DNA from: Thermodesulfobacteriota bacterium
GTDB lineage: Bacteria; Desulfobacterota_D; UBA1144; Nemesobacterales; UBA2774
Direction of reading: 5' to 3'
NCBI GenBank assembly: GCA_965223335.1
Contig: OZ244991.1
Location: 2,368,001-2,432,000, forward strand
DNA: 64,000 bases
This document shows positions 41,257 to 51,955 of this stretch, in pieces. Under the pieces are notes generated by a model that saw nothing but the letters and a program-made list of their open reading frames with translations, was not told where the DNA came from and ran no database searches. The position numbers were made by a program, and so were the translations under genes. The stretch's first letter is position 1. Each line of letters starts with the position of its first letter.

Positions 41257-41520
41257 TCATCCCTCCAATCGCACACCGTGCACAACACACTAAATGTGGC
41301 ACACTCGGTGTGCATTCATGTCTTTTGCATTTTGCATTACCCTAATGGGATCTCATGACACCATTTGTTTATCTTTTTCATAGCTTTAGTTCCTAATAGT
41401 GTCGCAGACACTAAATCCGACATCAGAGATATAGCGTTAAGAAAACAGGGTAGCGCGGAGTTAAAATTGATTTTCGGGGCTGCGGTTGAATCAACCTCCC
41501 ACTAACCCATCTTATCCCTC

Positions 41521-41720
41521 CCTGCCGCTCATACACTACATTCACTTGCGGTCCCCATGGGCTCTAAAGTCCCGATACTATCTTTTGCCTGGGTCGCTAG
41601 ACCCCGGTCCCCATATTTTGTCCCTGCCTGCCGCTCATACACTACATTCGCTGGCGGTCCCCATGGGCTCTAAAGTCCCGATACTATCTTTTGCCTGGGT
41701 CGCTAGACCCCGGTCCCCAT
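41521..41720. repeat. Direct duplication of a module block (period 106 bp)
   Basis: cctgccgctcatacactacatt...gggtcgctagaccccggtccccat at 41521 and 41627. Confidence 0.85.
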
Positions 41721-41938
41721 CAATGCGCTTCCTCTACCCTCTCCTGGCGCCCTCGTTTCTTTTGCTTTTTGCGCGCCTCGCGCTTAAGCCCGCTTTCTAT
41801 GGTCGCCACAATGCTCTCCACCTTCTTTTTCTCGCGCCTAAGCTCCTTTATCTTTTCGTCCAGCACCTCAGCCATTACCACCGCTTCCACATACAGCTCT
41901 CTTAGCTCTTTTCCATTCATATCTCCCTCCATAGACAC
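41720..41938 (-). CDS. Small coiled-coil protein
   Basis: Charged helical ORF within the operon; the start may be MNGKEL. Confidence 0.5.
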   Translation of the reverse strand: MSMEGDMNGKELRELYVEAVVMAEVLDEKIKELRREKKKVESIVATIESGLKREARKKQKKRGRQERVEEAH

Positions 41939-42002
41939 ACTCGGTGCGGCACGTTAAGTGTGCTCTCATATATTTTTGTATCTTTTGCTTTTAATCCTTT
42001 CC

Positions 42003-42188
42003 CCGACATTCAGCGATTCGCGTTAAGAAAATAGCGCAATGGAGTCGTAAATTGCACACTGAGTGTGCTCTCATAAGTTGAACGTCAATCTTTTGTTATG
42101 CCGCGGCGCGAGCCGTGACGGAATAAGCTATTTTTAGTTAATCGCTGTCAGTCGGTGATTTTTGTTACTTTTCATCAAGGAAAAGTAA
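42003..42188. repeat. Dispersed element type B with alternative apical region
   Basis: Stem B with a gcacactgagtgtgc-containing apex, as at 49942 and 51956. Confidence 0.85.
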
Positions 42189-42472
42189 AAATAAAAAATC
42201 TTTTATCCATGACAAACTCCTTTTTATAAATGGGGCATCCACGCCCCTGGTCTCTGTATTTTTTCCCCGCCTCCAGTCGCTGACCTCCCTCTACCCCATT
42301 TTGTCCCTACCTACGGTCGTGATACTACTACTCCCTCTCGCGGCCCCCACCTTATCGGTCCCCATGGGCTCTAAAGTCCCGTCACTCCCTTCTGAATGGG
42401 GTCTCCAGACCCCCGACTACCCCATTTTGTTCCTGCCTGTCGCTCATTAACAACATTCGCTGTCGGTCCCCA

Positions 42473-43168
42473 TCATTTCGTCCACTTCTTTAGCGCCCTT
42501 ATAAGCTCTATCTCGAGCACTATTGCGTCGCGTACCAGCTCACTGGGTGTTAGCCCCTTTCCGCTGTAGCTAGTCGCAGCCACCTGCAACAGCCCCAAAA
42601 GCCGCCGCTCCCGGTCCCGGGACCAACTCACACTCCTCCTCGGGGGCGTAGCCTTGTCGAATTCAAGCTCCCCGGGCTTCGGCTCCTCTTTACGGATTAT
42701 GTTTATCGCACACACTCGGATCTTCCCCGTCCCCAGATCCTTCTCGCTGCCCTTATCCTCTTCCCTAACCACTCCCTCTCGCCAGTACCTATACTCCACA
42801 AAGTCGAGCACCCGGGGCACCTCAAACGACTCCTCCCTCTGGCCCCCCTCGGCATAGTAGAGCCACTCCTCACGGTTCTGGACCTTAAACCTCGTATCCT
42901 CGGCCCTACACACCCTGCCCATCGCCTCGTACTTTTTTACCCCTCCGCCAATCACTCCCACTGCCCTAACCAGCCTCTCTATGCAGTTAACCGTGCGCCC
43001 CTCCTGCTTACGCGCCCTAAAGTCCACACGCACGTCCTCGCCCCGCTTAAGCATCGCAATATCTGCAATCCCGCACGTATTGGGCATGAACCTGTACCAC
43101 GCCTCCCCCACCTTAACCCCCCGGTGCCTAAGGCTCACTGCCTCTACTTTCCCATATGCGGTCTGCAT
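42473..43168 (-). CDS. Hypothetical phage-like protein
   Basis: Start set at MQTAYG; no family recognised. Confidence 0.5.
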   Translation of the reverse strand: MQTAYGKVEAVSLRHRGVKVGEAWYRFMPNTCGIADIAMLKRGEDVRVDFRARKQEGRTVNCIERLVRAVGVIGGGVKKYEAMGRVCRAEDTRFKVQNREEWLYYAEGGQREESFEVPRVLDFVEYRYWREGVVREEDKGSEKDLGTGKIRVCAINIIRKEEPKPGELEFDKATPPRRSVSWSRDRERRLLGLLQVAATSYSGKGLTPSELVRDAIVLEIELIRALKKWTK

Positions 43169-43462
43169 CTCAGCCACAATCCCCCTCCCCCCGGCCGCAC
43201 CTCTCGGCCCATAGCCCTTCCTCCAAATGCAGGTCCTCCGAGGCTGCCCAGTCCTTTCGACCGGCCCCCCGCGGCCTTTGCCGACGCAAGGGGTCCACAG
43301 CACCCCGGTTCCGATACCTTGCCCTGCTATTGGACATATGTTCTATATACAATTTTCTAACCCTTCCCATGACCGATGTTTTGTTGTTACTCCATAATGG
43401 GATTTTAGATCCCAATCACCCTATTCTCCCCACATCCCCATTTTCATAGCTTTTGTTCCCAA

Positions 43463-43640
43463 TGAGGTCATAGACCTCAATCCCGACATTCGGCGATTCG
43501 CGTTAAGAAAATAGCGCAATGGAGTCGTAAATTGATTTTCGGGGCTGAGGCAGGATTAAAATCAATTAGACAGAATTAGCTATTTTTAGTTAATCGCTGT
43601 CAGTCGGTGATTTTTGTTACTTTTCATCAAGGAAAAGTAA
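43463..43640. repeat. Three-hairpin dispersed element, stem type B
   Basis: tgaggtcatagacctca hairpin plus stem B. Confidence 0.85.
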
Positions 43641-44218
43641 AAAATAAAAATCTTCTATTCATGACACACTCCTTAATCTTTTTATTTCGTCCCTACCTGT
43701 CGCTAGCCGGACTCCGCTAGCTCCCGGTCCCCATGGGCACTCACATCCCGGGACTATCTTTTGCTTGGGACGCGAGATTCCACTTCCCCATTTATTCCCT
43801 CCAGTCGCCACACTACGGCTCCTTATCGGTCCCCATGGGCACTTATGTAATGGGACTCTCCTATGCAAGGGGCCTCCAGCCCCCCCCGGTCGCGAGACCC
43901 CCTCCCGCGTCCGTCGTCGGTAGAGGTATGGTATAGCAACAATGCTATTGACGGACTGCGGGAGAGAGATAACGCACAAACCCAAAAACATCACCCCATA
44001 CACTTTCTTTCAAATCTTTTTGTTCTTTGCTAGCAGTTCTCTTTTTCCCAATGGAGGCTTTAGGTTCCCGGTCTCTTTATTTTGTCCCTCCCTGCCGCTC
44101 ATACACTACATTCGCTGGCGGTCCCCATGGGCTCTAAAGTTCCAAAACTCCCTAACGAATGGGGTCTCCAGCTTCCCGCAACCCCATTTGTACCCTGCTG
44201 TTCGCTGTACTCCGCTCA

Positions 44219-44506
44219 CTAGCGGCCCCCAGTATCACGCATTGCATACTCTCTGTATTTACCGTTCCAATAGTCCTTAGAGCCGGGGGTGTTAACCTCC
44301 CTCAGCACCTCTTCGTATATTCTTTTAAAGTCCTCGACCTCCATACGCAGCTCAGAACAATCGATACTGTCCTCAATCGCCTCGCACGAGGTAATGGTCA
44401 TCTCGTCGGCGCGGCTCGTCTCATAGGCCCTGCCCATATGCCACGTCATGTACAAAAACCCAAACACCATAAGCCCCATTCCAGACCACGATAGCAGTTT
44501 TTTCAC
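44219..44506 (-). CDS. Small single-TM phage-like protein
   Basis: AGGAGGT SD, GTG start, N-terminal TM. Confidence 0.55.
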   Translation of the reverse strand: MKKLLSWSGMGLMVFGFLYMTWHMGRAYETSRADEMTITSCEAIEDSIDCSELRMEVEDFKRIYEEVLREVNTPGSKDYWNGKYREYAMRDTGGR

Positions 44507-44541
44507 TGCACACCTCCTTTAAAACACTCTGTAGATTTTTA

Positions 44542-44964
44542 CTATTGGACGTCCCCTGCGCCCTCGGGGCCACCCCACTTCTTTTGCCCGCGCTCCGACC
44601 GCTGACAACGCCTGCACTTTGTGTCCAAAAGCTCCCAAAGCTGCTTCTTCTTTAACTGCTCCACCACCTCGGGATGCGTCTCCTTCATCCTAATCGTCTC
44701 TATAAGCCGCACCGGGTTCACTTCCTCGGCCTCCAGGTACTCGTCGAACGTCACCCCCCTCTTCTTTAGCTCCTTTTCAAAGCGCAGTAGGTTCAGGTAT
44801 CCATACCCCCTAAGCGCCTCTTCGACCGGCCTGCTCTTTGCCCCGTCCACATAGATCACCATCTTTGTCGACGCCGGGCTCACCCCGTGCGAACTCGCAA
44901 ACTTATCCAAACTCCCCCACTCTCCAATAATCTGCTGCGATGTTATATGCTCAATCCTTCCCAT
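44542..44964 (-). CDS. Cro/Ner-like HTH protein
   Basis: GSLDKFASSHGVSPASTKMVI HTH-like segment; divergent from the CI-like gene; AGGAGA SD. Confidence 0.55.
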   Translation of the reverse strand: MGRIEHITSQQIIGEWGSLDKFASSHGVSPASTKMVIYVDGAKSRPVEEALRGYGYLNLLRFEKELKKRGVTFDEYLEAEEVNPVRLIETIRMKETHPEVVEQLKKKQLWELLDTKCRRCQRSERGQKKWGGPEGAGDVQ

Positions 44965-45549
44965 AATACTTTTCTCTCCTTTCTCATCCTTACTTAATAT
45001 CATTTGCAGTTCCCAATGGGATCCCTAGATCCCAGTTCCGACATTACGGCAATGGCGTATAGAAAATAAGCTTGAGAGGCGTTAAAAATGTATTTCGGGG
45101 TTGTGGGTTGGATCAACCTCCCACTACCCCATCTTATCCCTCCCTGCCGCTCATACACTACACTCGCTTGCGGTCCCCATTGGCACTCACATAATGGGAC
45201 TCCTAAAAGACGGGGTCCGTGACCCCCACGACCCCAATTTATCCCTTCCTGCCGTTCGCGATAAAACTGCTCACTCGCGGTCCCCATGATCCTATTTTGT
45301 CCCCTCCAGTCGCCAAACAACGGCTCCTTATCGGTCCCCATTGGCACTAAAGTCCCGGTACTACCTTTTGAATGGGGCGTCCACGCCCCGGTCTTTTTAT
45401 TTTGTCCCTCCCTGCCGCTCATACACTACACTCGCTTGCGGTCCCCATTTCCCAATTCTGTGAATCAAAATCACAATAATCAACACAAAACCCCTTGCAA
45501 TTTCCAATATTGTGTATTAATATTGCTATTGTGTTATTCATTACGTATT

Positions 45550-45578
45550 ATTAGATCACAGTATTGTGATGATGTCAA
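45550..45578 (-). promoter_or_regulatory. Leftward promoter with an overlapping palindromic operator
   Basis: Minus-strand TTGACA-N17-TCTAAT; atcaca-gtat-tgtgat at 45555-45570. Confidence 0.6.
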
Positions 45579-45613
45579 GTATAAAATTTACAAAATTGCG
45601 AATGGAGGGAACT

Positions 45614-46255
45614 ATGGATCGCAGAAATGGGATCGCAGACAGATTAAAAAAACTAAGAGACACACTGGAACTCACTCAAGAAGAGTTTGGGCGCGATATA
45701 GGAAAGTCGCTAAATACAGTCCTCAGCTGGGAGACTGGTAAAACCCGGCCCACCGAAAAGTTCCTTGTAGTCATCGAAAAACTCTATAATCTCAGCCCCG
45801 GGTGGCTGGTCGAGGGCAAGGGCCAGATGTTTATGCGCGAGAGCGCCGAGAACTACACGGGCGATATGACCGAGGTCAACATATGGGAGCTTGCCGGTGC
45901 CGGCGACCCCATGTTTACCGACGACGTCGCACCCATCGAGTGCATCATCCTGCCCAAAAAACTAGTAGGCGGCCACACCAACGGCTTTAAGGTCCGCGGC
46001 GACAGCATGTACCCCACCATTGTGGACGGTGCCTACGTGGGGTTCGACATGAACGACAAAAAGGTTGTCAGTAACGGGGTCTATTGCTTAAACCTCCCCT
46101 ACGAGGGCTACGTGGTCAAACGCCTCGAGATCACACCCAACGAGGTCATCATAAAGAGCGACAACAAAATGGTCATGGACAGCACCATCCCGCTTGACCA
46201 CATGGACAACAACCTCATCATCGGCCGCGTCAAATGGGTTTATCAAAACATGTAG
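45614..46255 (+). CDS. CI/LexA-like repressor (XRE HTH + S24 peptidase)
   Basis: LTQEEFG...WETGKTRP, AG cleavage site, VRGDSMYP, VVKRL. Confidence 0.92.
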   Translation: MDRRNGIADRLKKLRDTLELTQEEFGRDIGKSLNTVLSWETGKTRPTEKFLVVIEKLYNLSPGWLVEGKGQMFMRESAENYTGDMTEVNIWELAGAGDPMFTDDVAPIECIILPKKLVGGHTNGFKVRGDSMYPTIVDGAYVGFDMNDKKVVSNGVYCLNLPYEGYVVKRLEITPNEVIIKSDNKMVMDSTIPLDHMDNNLIIGRVKWVYQNM

Positions 46256-46328
46256 AGGACGGTCTATAGCAATAACACTAACGCATATAATAATGAAACT
46301 GCATTCAAGATATGATATAAGTTACAAG

Positions 46329-47072
46329 ATGAGTGAATTAAGCAAGATTGAATGGACTAATTCTACGTGGAACCCGGTGCGCGGTTGTACTAAAATCAGC
46401 CCGGGTTGTAAATATTGCTATGCCGAGACCTTTGCCGAAAGGTTTAGAGGAGTACCCGGCCACCCATATGAACAAGGATTTGATCTTCGGCTAGTGCCCC
46501 ATAAATTGGAAGATCCGTTAAAATGGAAAAAACCGAGGATGATATTTGTTAATTCCATGAGCGACTTATTTCATAAACAAGTTCCAGATTCTTACATCAA
46601 CAAAGTTTTCGAGATCATGTCCGAAGCGCATTGGCATACATTTCAGGTCTTAACTAAACGCTCGGAGAGACTCTTAGAACTAAGTCCAAAACTCAAGTGG
46701 TGTGAGAACATTTGGATGGGGGTTAGTGTAGAATCCAAAAAATACATATTTAGATCCAATCATCTATCGAAAATCCCAGCTGCCGTTAGATTTCTTAGTG
46801 TTGAGCCATTACTTGAAGATATTCCACATCTTCCATTAGACAATATAGATTGGGTAATTGTAGGCGGAGAATCGGGACGTAATGCAAGACCAATGAACAT
46901 ATCATGGGCACGGTCAATAAAAGATCAATGCGCTCATAATAATGTTCCATTTTTCTTAAAACAACTAGGAGGCCGTTTTAATAAACGAGGCGGGTCTCAA
47001 GCAAGACTTGATGGTAAAATGTGGCGCCAATTCCCTAACAAAACCCCTCGAAGATTGCTGAAAACTGCTTAA
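46329..47072 (+). CDS. Phage Gp37/Gp68 (DUF5131) family protein
   Basis: SKIEWT..TWNPVRGCTKISPGCKYCYA, FVNSMSDLFH, LTKR, FLSVEPLL, WVIVGGESG, FFLKQLGG. Confidence 0.92.
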   Translation: MSELSKIEWTNSTWNPVRGCTKISPGCKYCYAETFAERFRGVPGHPYEQGFDLRLVPHKLEDPLKWKKPRMIFVNSMSDLFHKQVPDSYINKVFEIMSEAHWHTFQVLTKRSERLLELSPKLKWCENIWMGVSVESKKYIFRSNHLSKIPAAVRFLSVEPLLEDIPHLPLDNIDWVIVGGESGRNARPMNISWARSIKDQCAHNNVPFFLKQLGGRFNKRGGSQARLDGKMWRQFPNKTPRRLLKTA

Positions 47073-47087
47073 GCAATATATGCAATA

Positions 47088-48182
47088 ATGTCTAAACCAA
47101 AAAAATTATGGGCACTAAAGTCTCATACGAAAGGTAAACACTTAGTTTTACGTTCTTATTTGAATGCGTGGTTTCCTATATTGGGTAGTTGGAATGGTAG
47201 AATACTATTTATTGACGCATTTGCTGGCCCTGGAGAATATGAAGGTGGTGAAGAGGGATCACCTATAATTGCTATTAATTCTCTTATCAAACATAAATCA
47301 AAACATGTGATCAAAGCCCAAGTAAGTTTCTTATTCATAGAAAAAGATAAAGCACGTGCAGATCACTTAACAAGTTTAGTTAACCAATATAAACACAAGT
47401 GCCCTGCAGGGACTAGTATTGAGGTACGCCATGGCAAATTTGACGAGACCATGACAGATGTACTAGATGATATTGATCAGCGCAATAGAACTCTTGCTAC
47501 TAATTTTTTGATGATTGATCCATTTGGGGTTAGTGGTACCCAAATGAAAGTCATAGAACGTATTCTCAGAAGTTCAAAATCTGAAGTATTTATCTCATTT
47601 ATGTATGAATCTATTAAGCGCTTCCTAACTACCCCGGAATTCGAACACCACTTAGATAATTTGTTTGGATGTCAACTATGGCGTAGAGCACTTAGCATGG
47701 AAGATGGGGATGCTAAGAAAAATTATTTGTTCAATTTGTACAAAGAACAATTAAAAAAAGCGGGGGCAAAGTATGTTGTAAGTTTTGATTTGTATGATCA
47801 TAATCGGCACATATATTCTATTTTCTTTGGCACGCAGCACCTAAAAGGTAGTGACCGCATGAAATCTGCAATTTGGTCAATTGATCCATCGGGCGAATTT
47901 AAGTTTGTAGCTACGAATTATAACCAATTAAAGTTAGATTTTAACAATCCAGCATATAAACCACTAGAAGAATGCCTCAAGAATAAATTCAGAAATAAAG
48001 GTTTTGTTACTGTTGAACATATTATTGATTTTGTGAGATCTGATGAAACTGATTACCATTCTGGTCAAGTCAAAAAAATAGCATTAAAACAAATGGAAAA
48101 GAACAATGAATTAGAAGTTGATGAATCTACCCGCAAAAGGAAGTTTACTTACCCAGATGGCACATTAATCAGATTCAAATAA
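47088..48182 (+). CDS. tcmP: Three-Cys-motif partner protein
   Basis: HT..KH.VL..YL..W, FIDAFAGPG, GSP, IDPFG; adjacent to DUF5131. Confidence 0.88.
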   Translation: MSKPKKLWALKSHTKGKHLVLRSYLNAWFPILGSWNGRILFIDAFAGPGEYEGGEEGSPIIAINSLIKHKSKHVIKAQVSFLFIEKDKARADHLTSLVNQYKHKCPAGTSIEVRHGKFDETMTDVLDDIDQRNRTLATNFLMIDPFGVSGTQMKVIERILRSSKSEVFISFMYESIKRFLTTPEFEHHLDNLFGCQLWRRALSMEDGDAKKNYLFNLYKEQLKKAGAKYVVSFDLYDHNRHIYSIFFGTQHLKGSDRMKSAIWSIDPSGEFKFVATNYNQLKLDFNNPAYKPLEECLKNKFRNKGFVTVEHIIDFVRSDETDYHSGQVKKIALKQMEKNNELEVDESTRKRKFTYPDGTLIRFK

Positions 48183-48290
48183 TCATTTAATATCCAAACA
48201 ATTATTTGTGATTCATCCACCCCCTTCCCCCCTACAATCTCTCTCCGTTTCAGCTATTATATTATGAGTTTTTTCGTTGGGGAGGGGAGT

Positions 48291-49052
48291 ATGAGCGGCG
48301 GCGGCAATTCCAACATCAAAAACATAGGGCACTATTTCAAGCTTGCACTCGAGCTTGCGCCGGCCGACCACCAGCTCTACGAGGTCTACGAGCGCGAACT
48401 CCCCGTGATGGTACGCATCATAGACGACTACATCGAGACCAACGAACTCGACCACGTCCACCTGTGTGATTTCGGCGGGGGTAACGGCGGGGTCACAGAA
48501 TACATCAAGCAAAACTCGCGCTACAAAGACCACATCCACATCACATGCATCGACGCCAACCCCGAGCTCCTTGCCGATAACCACTCGGCCCACGAGACCA
48601 TCCAGGCACAGCTCACCGAGTACAGTTCCCCCGACAAGTTCGATGTGATGATCATGCGCTATGTACTCGAGTTCAACAACGTCCGCGAACAGCTCCAAAT
48701 TCTCCGCAACATCCAAAGCTCGCTAACAGACACCGGCATCTTTATCAACTGGCGCTGTGCCGTGCGCGACACCACCCACCAGCAAAAGTTCCACACACTG
48801 CTCTCCACACCCGACATATACGAAAAACTCTACCGTCCCGACTCCCACTGGGACACGCTCAGCGAAAGCCTGGAGCTCTTTGAACAGGCCGGACTCAGCT
48901 CCGTCGTCAAAGACTCCTACAGTTCGGGCATTATGGATGTGCTCGAGGTCAAATACAGCCTCAGCCGCGACGAACGCACCCGGGTCGCAGAGTTCCTGGG
49001 CGAGTACAATTACCTCGACTTCGTCCTCTCCGTCTCCAATAAACAGCCCTAA
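48291..49052 (+). CDS. Class I SAM-dependent methyltransferase
   Basis: LCDFGGGNG, TCIDAN, FDVMIMRYVL. Confidence 0.8.
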   Translation: MSGGGNSNIKNIGHYFKLALELAPADHQLYEVYERELPVMVRIIDDYIETNELDHVHLCDFGGGNGGVTEYIKQNSRYKDHIHITCIDANPELLADNHSAHETIQAQLTEYSSPDKFDVMIMRYVLEFNNVREQLQILRNIQSSLTDTGIFINWRCAVRDTTHQQKFHTLLSTPDIYEKLYRPDSHWDTLSESLELFEQAGLSSVVKDSYSSGIMDVLEVKYSLSRDERTRVAEFLGEYNYLDFVLSVSNKQP

Positions 49053-49064
49053 TTTTACAAGCCC

Positions 49065-49799
49065 CTATGGGCCGCCCGGTGTAAACTCTACCAGTTCCGC
49101 TTCAGCATCCTTCGCAAGCCCTATCCCGCTCACGTAGACCTTATCGTCCAGGTGCGTGGGGTCCAAGGGGTTACAATCCTCTGTCGAGACCGTGTTGCTG
49201 AATGTGCCCGCGGGTAGTACGACCGTCTCACCAATGGCCACGATCTCTGCCTGGTCCTCGGCCACGCCCGGTGCAAACTCCTGGGGTATGACCATCCCCA
49301 CCTGTGGTGTACCCGGCATGATGATCCCCGGCATGTTGCCGTCCTCGCCCGCAAGCCACGAACCATCGTGCGACACTACTTCACCGTCCTCATATATATC
49401 CACCTCTTCGCCGAAATAACACACCGAGCCGTCAGCGGCCTGGGCATAATAGTTAAGCGATATCTCTACTACTTCCCCGTCCTCAAACTCGGCCTCTTCC
49501 ACCACACGCGTGGTAACACCCGCAACTGTCCGTGTCTCGCCAAGCACAGTGGTTTCTACAGTGATAGTTTCCCCGTCCTCCTCGCCCTCAAGCTCTATAA
49601 CGCTTCCCACAACCAGCGGGAAAAACGGGTTGTTTATGTTGAGTGTAAACATCCCCGTTACGGGGTCGCACACCTCTACGCTTGTATTAATTGCAGGGCA
49701 AAACCCCCCTCCCCCGCTGTTGCTGCAACCTCCTACAAGCAGTAACGCCCCGAATATCACCGACACTGCTGCCAATATTTTATACCTCACAGTACTCAC
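49065..49799 (-). CDS. Lipoprotein of unknown function
   Basis: VGGC lipobox; NPFFPL, YYAQ..DG.V.YFGE, GSWLAG. Confidence 0.7.
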   Translation of the reverse strand: MSTVRYKILAAVSVIFGALLLVGGCSNSGGGGFCPAINTSVEVCDPVTGMFTLNINNPFFPLVVGSVIELEGEEDGETITVETTVLGETRTVAGVTTRVVEEAEFEDGEVVEISLNYYAQAADGSVCYFGEEVDIYEDGEVVSHDGSWLAGEDGNMPGIIMPGTPQVGMVIPQEFAPGVAEDQAEIVAIGETVVLPAGTFSNTVSTEDCNPLDPTHLDDKVYVSGIGLAKDAEAELVEFTPGGP

Positions 49800-49941
49800 C
49801 TCCTCATATATGGTTAGTTTGTTAAAACGCTATCAAACCAACCTTGCCCCAACCTTTCCCAAACATTACAGATCGGCAATGAACCTAAGACCGTGTTTTG
49901 AGTTGTATTTGTAGTTTTAAATCTTCAGCTGTTCATCCCCA

Positions 49942-50149
49942 TGGGATCACCTGATCCCAATCCGACATTCAGTGATTCGCGTCAAGAAAATAGCGCAATG
50001 GAGTCGTAAATTGCACACTGAGTGTGCTCTCATAACTTATATGTCAATCTTTTGTTATGCCGCGGCGCGAGCCGTGACTGAATTAGCTATTTTTAGCTAA
50101 TCGCTGTTAGTCGGCGACTTTTGGCTACTTTTGGTCAAGCAAAAGCAGC
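49942..50149. repeat. Three-hairpin element type B, alternative apex
   Basis: As 42003 plus the first hairpin. Confidence 0.85.
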
Positions 50150-50321
50150 GAAGTAAATAGGTAATAAGTATCGGTCTACTGATATATTATCCCTAGTGCA
50201 AATAGAGCCCCGGTACTACCTTCCGAATGGGGTCTCGCCCCCCCCAACTTCTGCTTAAATAGTTCTCGTATTCACTACTTAGACTATGATATAATTCGAA
50301 TACTATAATGGGAGGTGCAAT

Positions 50322-50705
50322 ATGAAACATTTAGTATATTTGTTATTGTTGCTTACAGTCCCTTTATGCTCGTTTTTATATAGTTGCGGGGGCAGCGATA
50401 GCAATGCACAGAATAAAAACGACCTGTTTATAATCGAGAGACAGGCGATCACGTTCAACTGCCCGACCACCGGTCAAATCGGTGCTCTCGAATGCCCGGC
50501 CGACTCGATCATTGTCGGAGCAGGGTGTGATGTCGATACCATCACAAATGGTGTTGAGTACACCGTGGTCCCTATCATCACATCCCAGTTCGTAGGCGCG
50601 TTCACAATCACACAGGCCAACAATTGCGATATCGACTGCTCAAATAGTCCCATAGCCGGTGACGTCCAGGTCAAATCCTACGCAGTCTGCCTGGACCTAA
50701 GCTAG
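50322..50705 (+). CDS. Cys-rich lipoprotein
   Basis: GGAGGT SD, LYSC lipobox, CP...IVGAGC...YAVC resembling the tail of 16365. Confidence 0.65.
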   Translation: MKHLVYLLLLLTVPLCSFLYSCGGSDSNAQNKNDLFIIERQAITFNCPTTGQIGALECPADSIIVGAGCDVDTITNGVEYTVVPIITSQFVGAFTITQANNCDIDCSNSPIAGDVQVKSYAVCLDLS

Positions 50706-51020
50706 TACCTAGATAGTTGTTTGTGAATAGAATCTCAAATCGCGGGATATCCCCCCGGCCGTAGAGGTGCAGAATACAACCGGGGGGTTAAGCAAGTAAA
50801 GAGAGATGAGGTCGTTTATATATATTAGCTTTCGTATATTACAGGAAGGTTACAATTGGATTACAAAATATATTTTTGGATAATCTATGAGCCGATTAGT
50901 GCATATAATCGGCTCGTTATCAGACTATTATATGAGCCGTATATAATGTGTATGAATAGGTACAAAAAGGGGACGCACCCCTATTTCATTATGAGTTTTT
51001 CGTTTTTTTTTCTTCCCCCA

Positions 51021-51296
51021 TGGGATCTCAAGATCCCAATCCCGACATCAGAGATATAGCGTTAAGAAAACAGGGTAGCGCGGAGTTAAAATTGATTTTC
51101 GGGGCCGGGGTAGAATCAAAATCAAAAACCAGGACAGTACCTGTGCTCGTGTATCGTTTCTGCTCAACGCCCACAACCTTACAATCTGCTTCATAACTCA
51201 TGCTACTACCTCGAGATGGGGTCACTGACCCCTGTTTTTAGCGTATATCTCGTTAGTCGTTGATTTTTGCCTACTTTTCATCAAGCAAAAGTAGCA
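51021..51296. repeat. Three-hairpin element, stem type C with a ~100-nt insertion
   Basis: gagatata..aaaacaggg pairs with ccctgtttt..tatatctc. Confidence 0.8.
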
Positions 51297-51381
51297 ATAG
51301 GAGATTTAACAAGTATTGCTTATCACTCACCCCGAACGCATAATATGTTTCTAATTAATTACACGTTAGAGGTGCGACACA

Positions 51382-51939
51382 ATGGCAAGAGTAGTCACTG
51401 AAGCCGAATCCAAAGAATGGCTATCTCAGAGGGGACTGTTAGACAGTAACGGGGAAGTATTAGAATCAGAATTCTTTCATAAAGAAGCATATCTATTACC
51501 CTCTAGTAAAGGGAGAAATATCGCGTTAAGTAATGCTATCACCTCATATTGGGAATCTGATTGTGAAGCTCTACTTCTACTAAAAGACTATGATATTTGG
51601 GGAGTACCATGCCATCATATGAATCTATTTTACGGTTATAGATGCTACTTAGGTGAACCACCTCCACCAAGACCGTCAGCTGATGATTACCGTATGATAC
51701 GTGACAAGCCGGGGCATATATTAGCTAGTGGTGACCAAGAAATTGCTCATTCATTGATTGCACTCACTCTATATTTTATGTGGGGGTGTGTGTTTGTAAC
51801 GGATGAAAAAAAATGGTTATTCGAAATAAGTCACGATGAGTTGTTTTTTTTCTATTTTAATTATGAACACGAAGTCCCTGATCATAGGTCAATCTTCGAG
51901 ACTTACGACTGTGAATACCTAGTGAAGAATAAGAAATGA
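51382..51939 (+). CDS. Hypothetical protein flanked by two repeat elements
   Basis: 185-aa ORF, GAGGT SD. Confidence 0.6.
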   Translation: MARVVTEAESKEWLSQRGLLDSNGEVLESEFFHKEAYLLPSSKGRNIALSNAITSYWESDCEALLLLKDYDIWGVPCHHMNLFYGYRCYLGEPPPPRPSADDYRMIRDKPGHILASGDQEIAHSLIALTLYFMWGCVFVTDEKKWLFEISHDELFFFYFNYEHEVPDHRSIFETYDCEYLVKNKK

Positions 51940-51955
51940 TGTTTGCAGTTGCCTA

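Larger units (their letters stand above)
38513..46255. mobile_element. Defective prophage-like early region
   Basis: CI-like repressor divergent from a Cro-like gene, then a co-oriented run of small ORFs including a replication protein; no integrase or structural genes seen. Confidence 0.6.

Noticed and set aside
38513..48182. Complete prophage or PICI
   Set aside because: No integrase, att site, primase, terminase or capsid genes recognised
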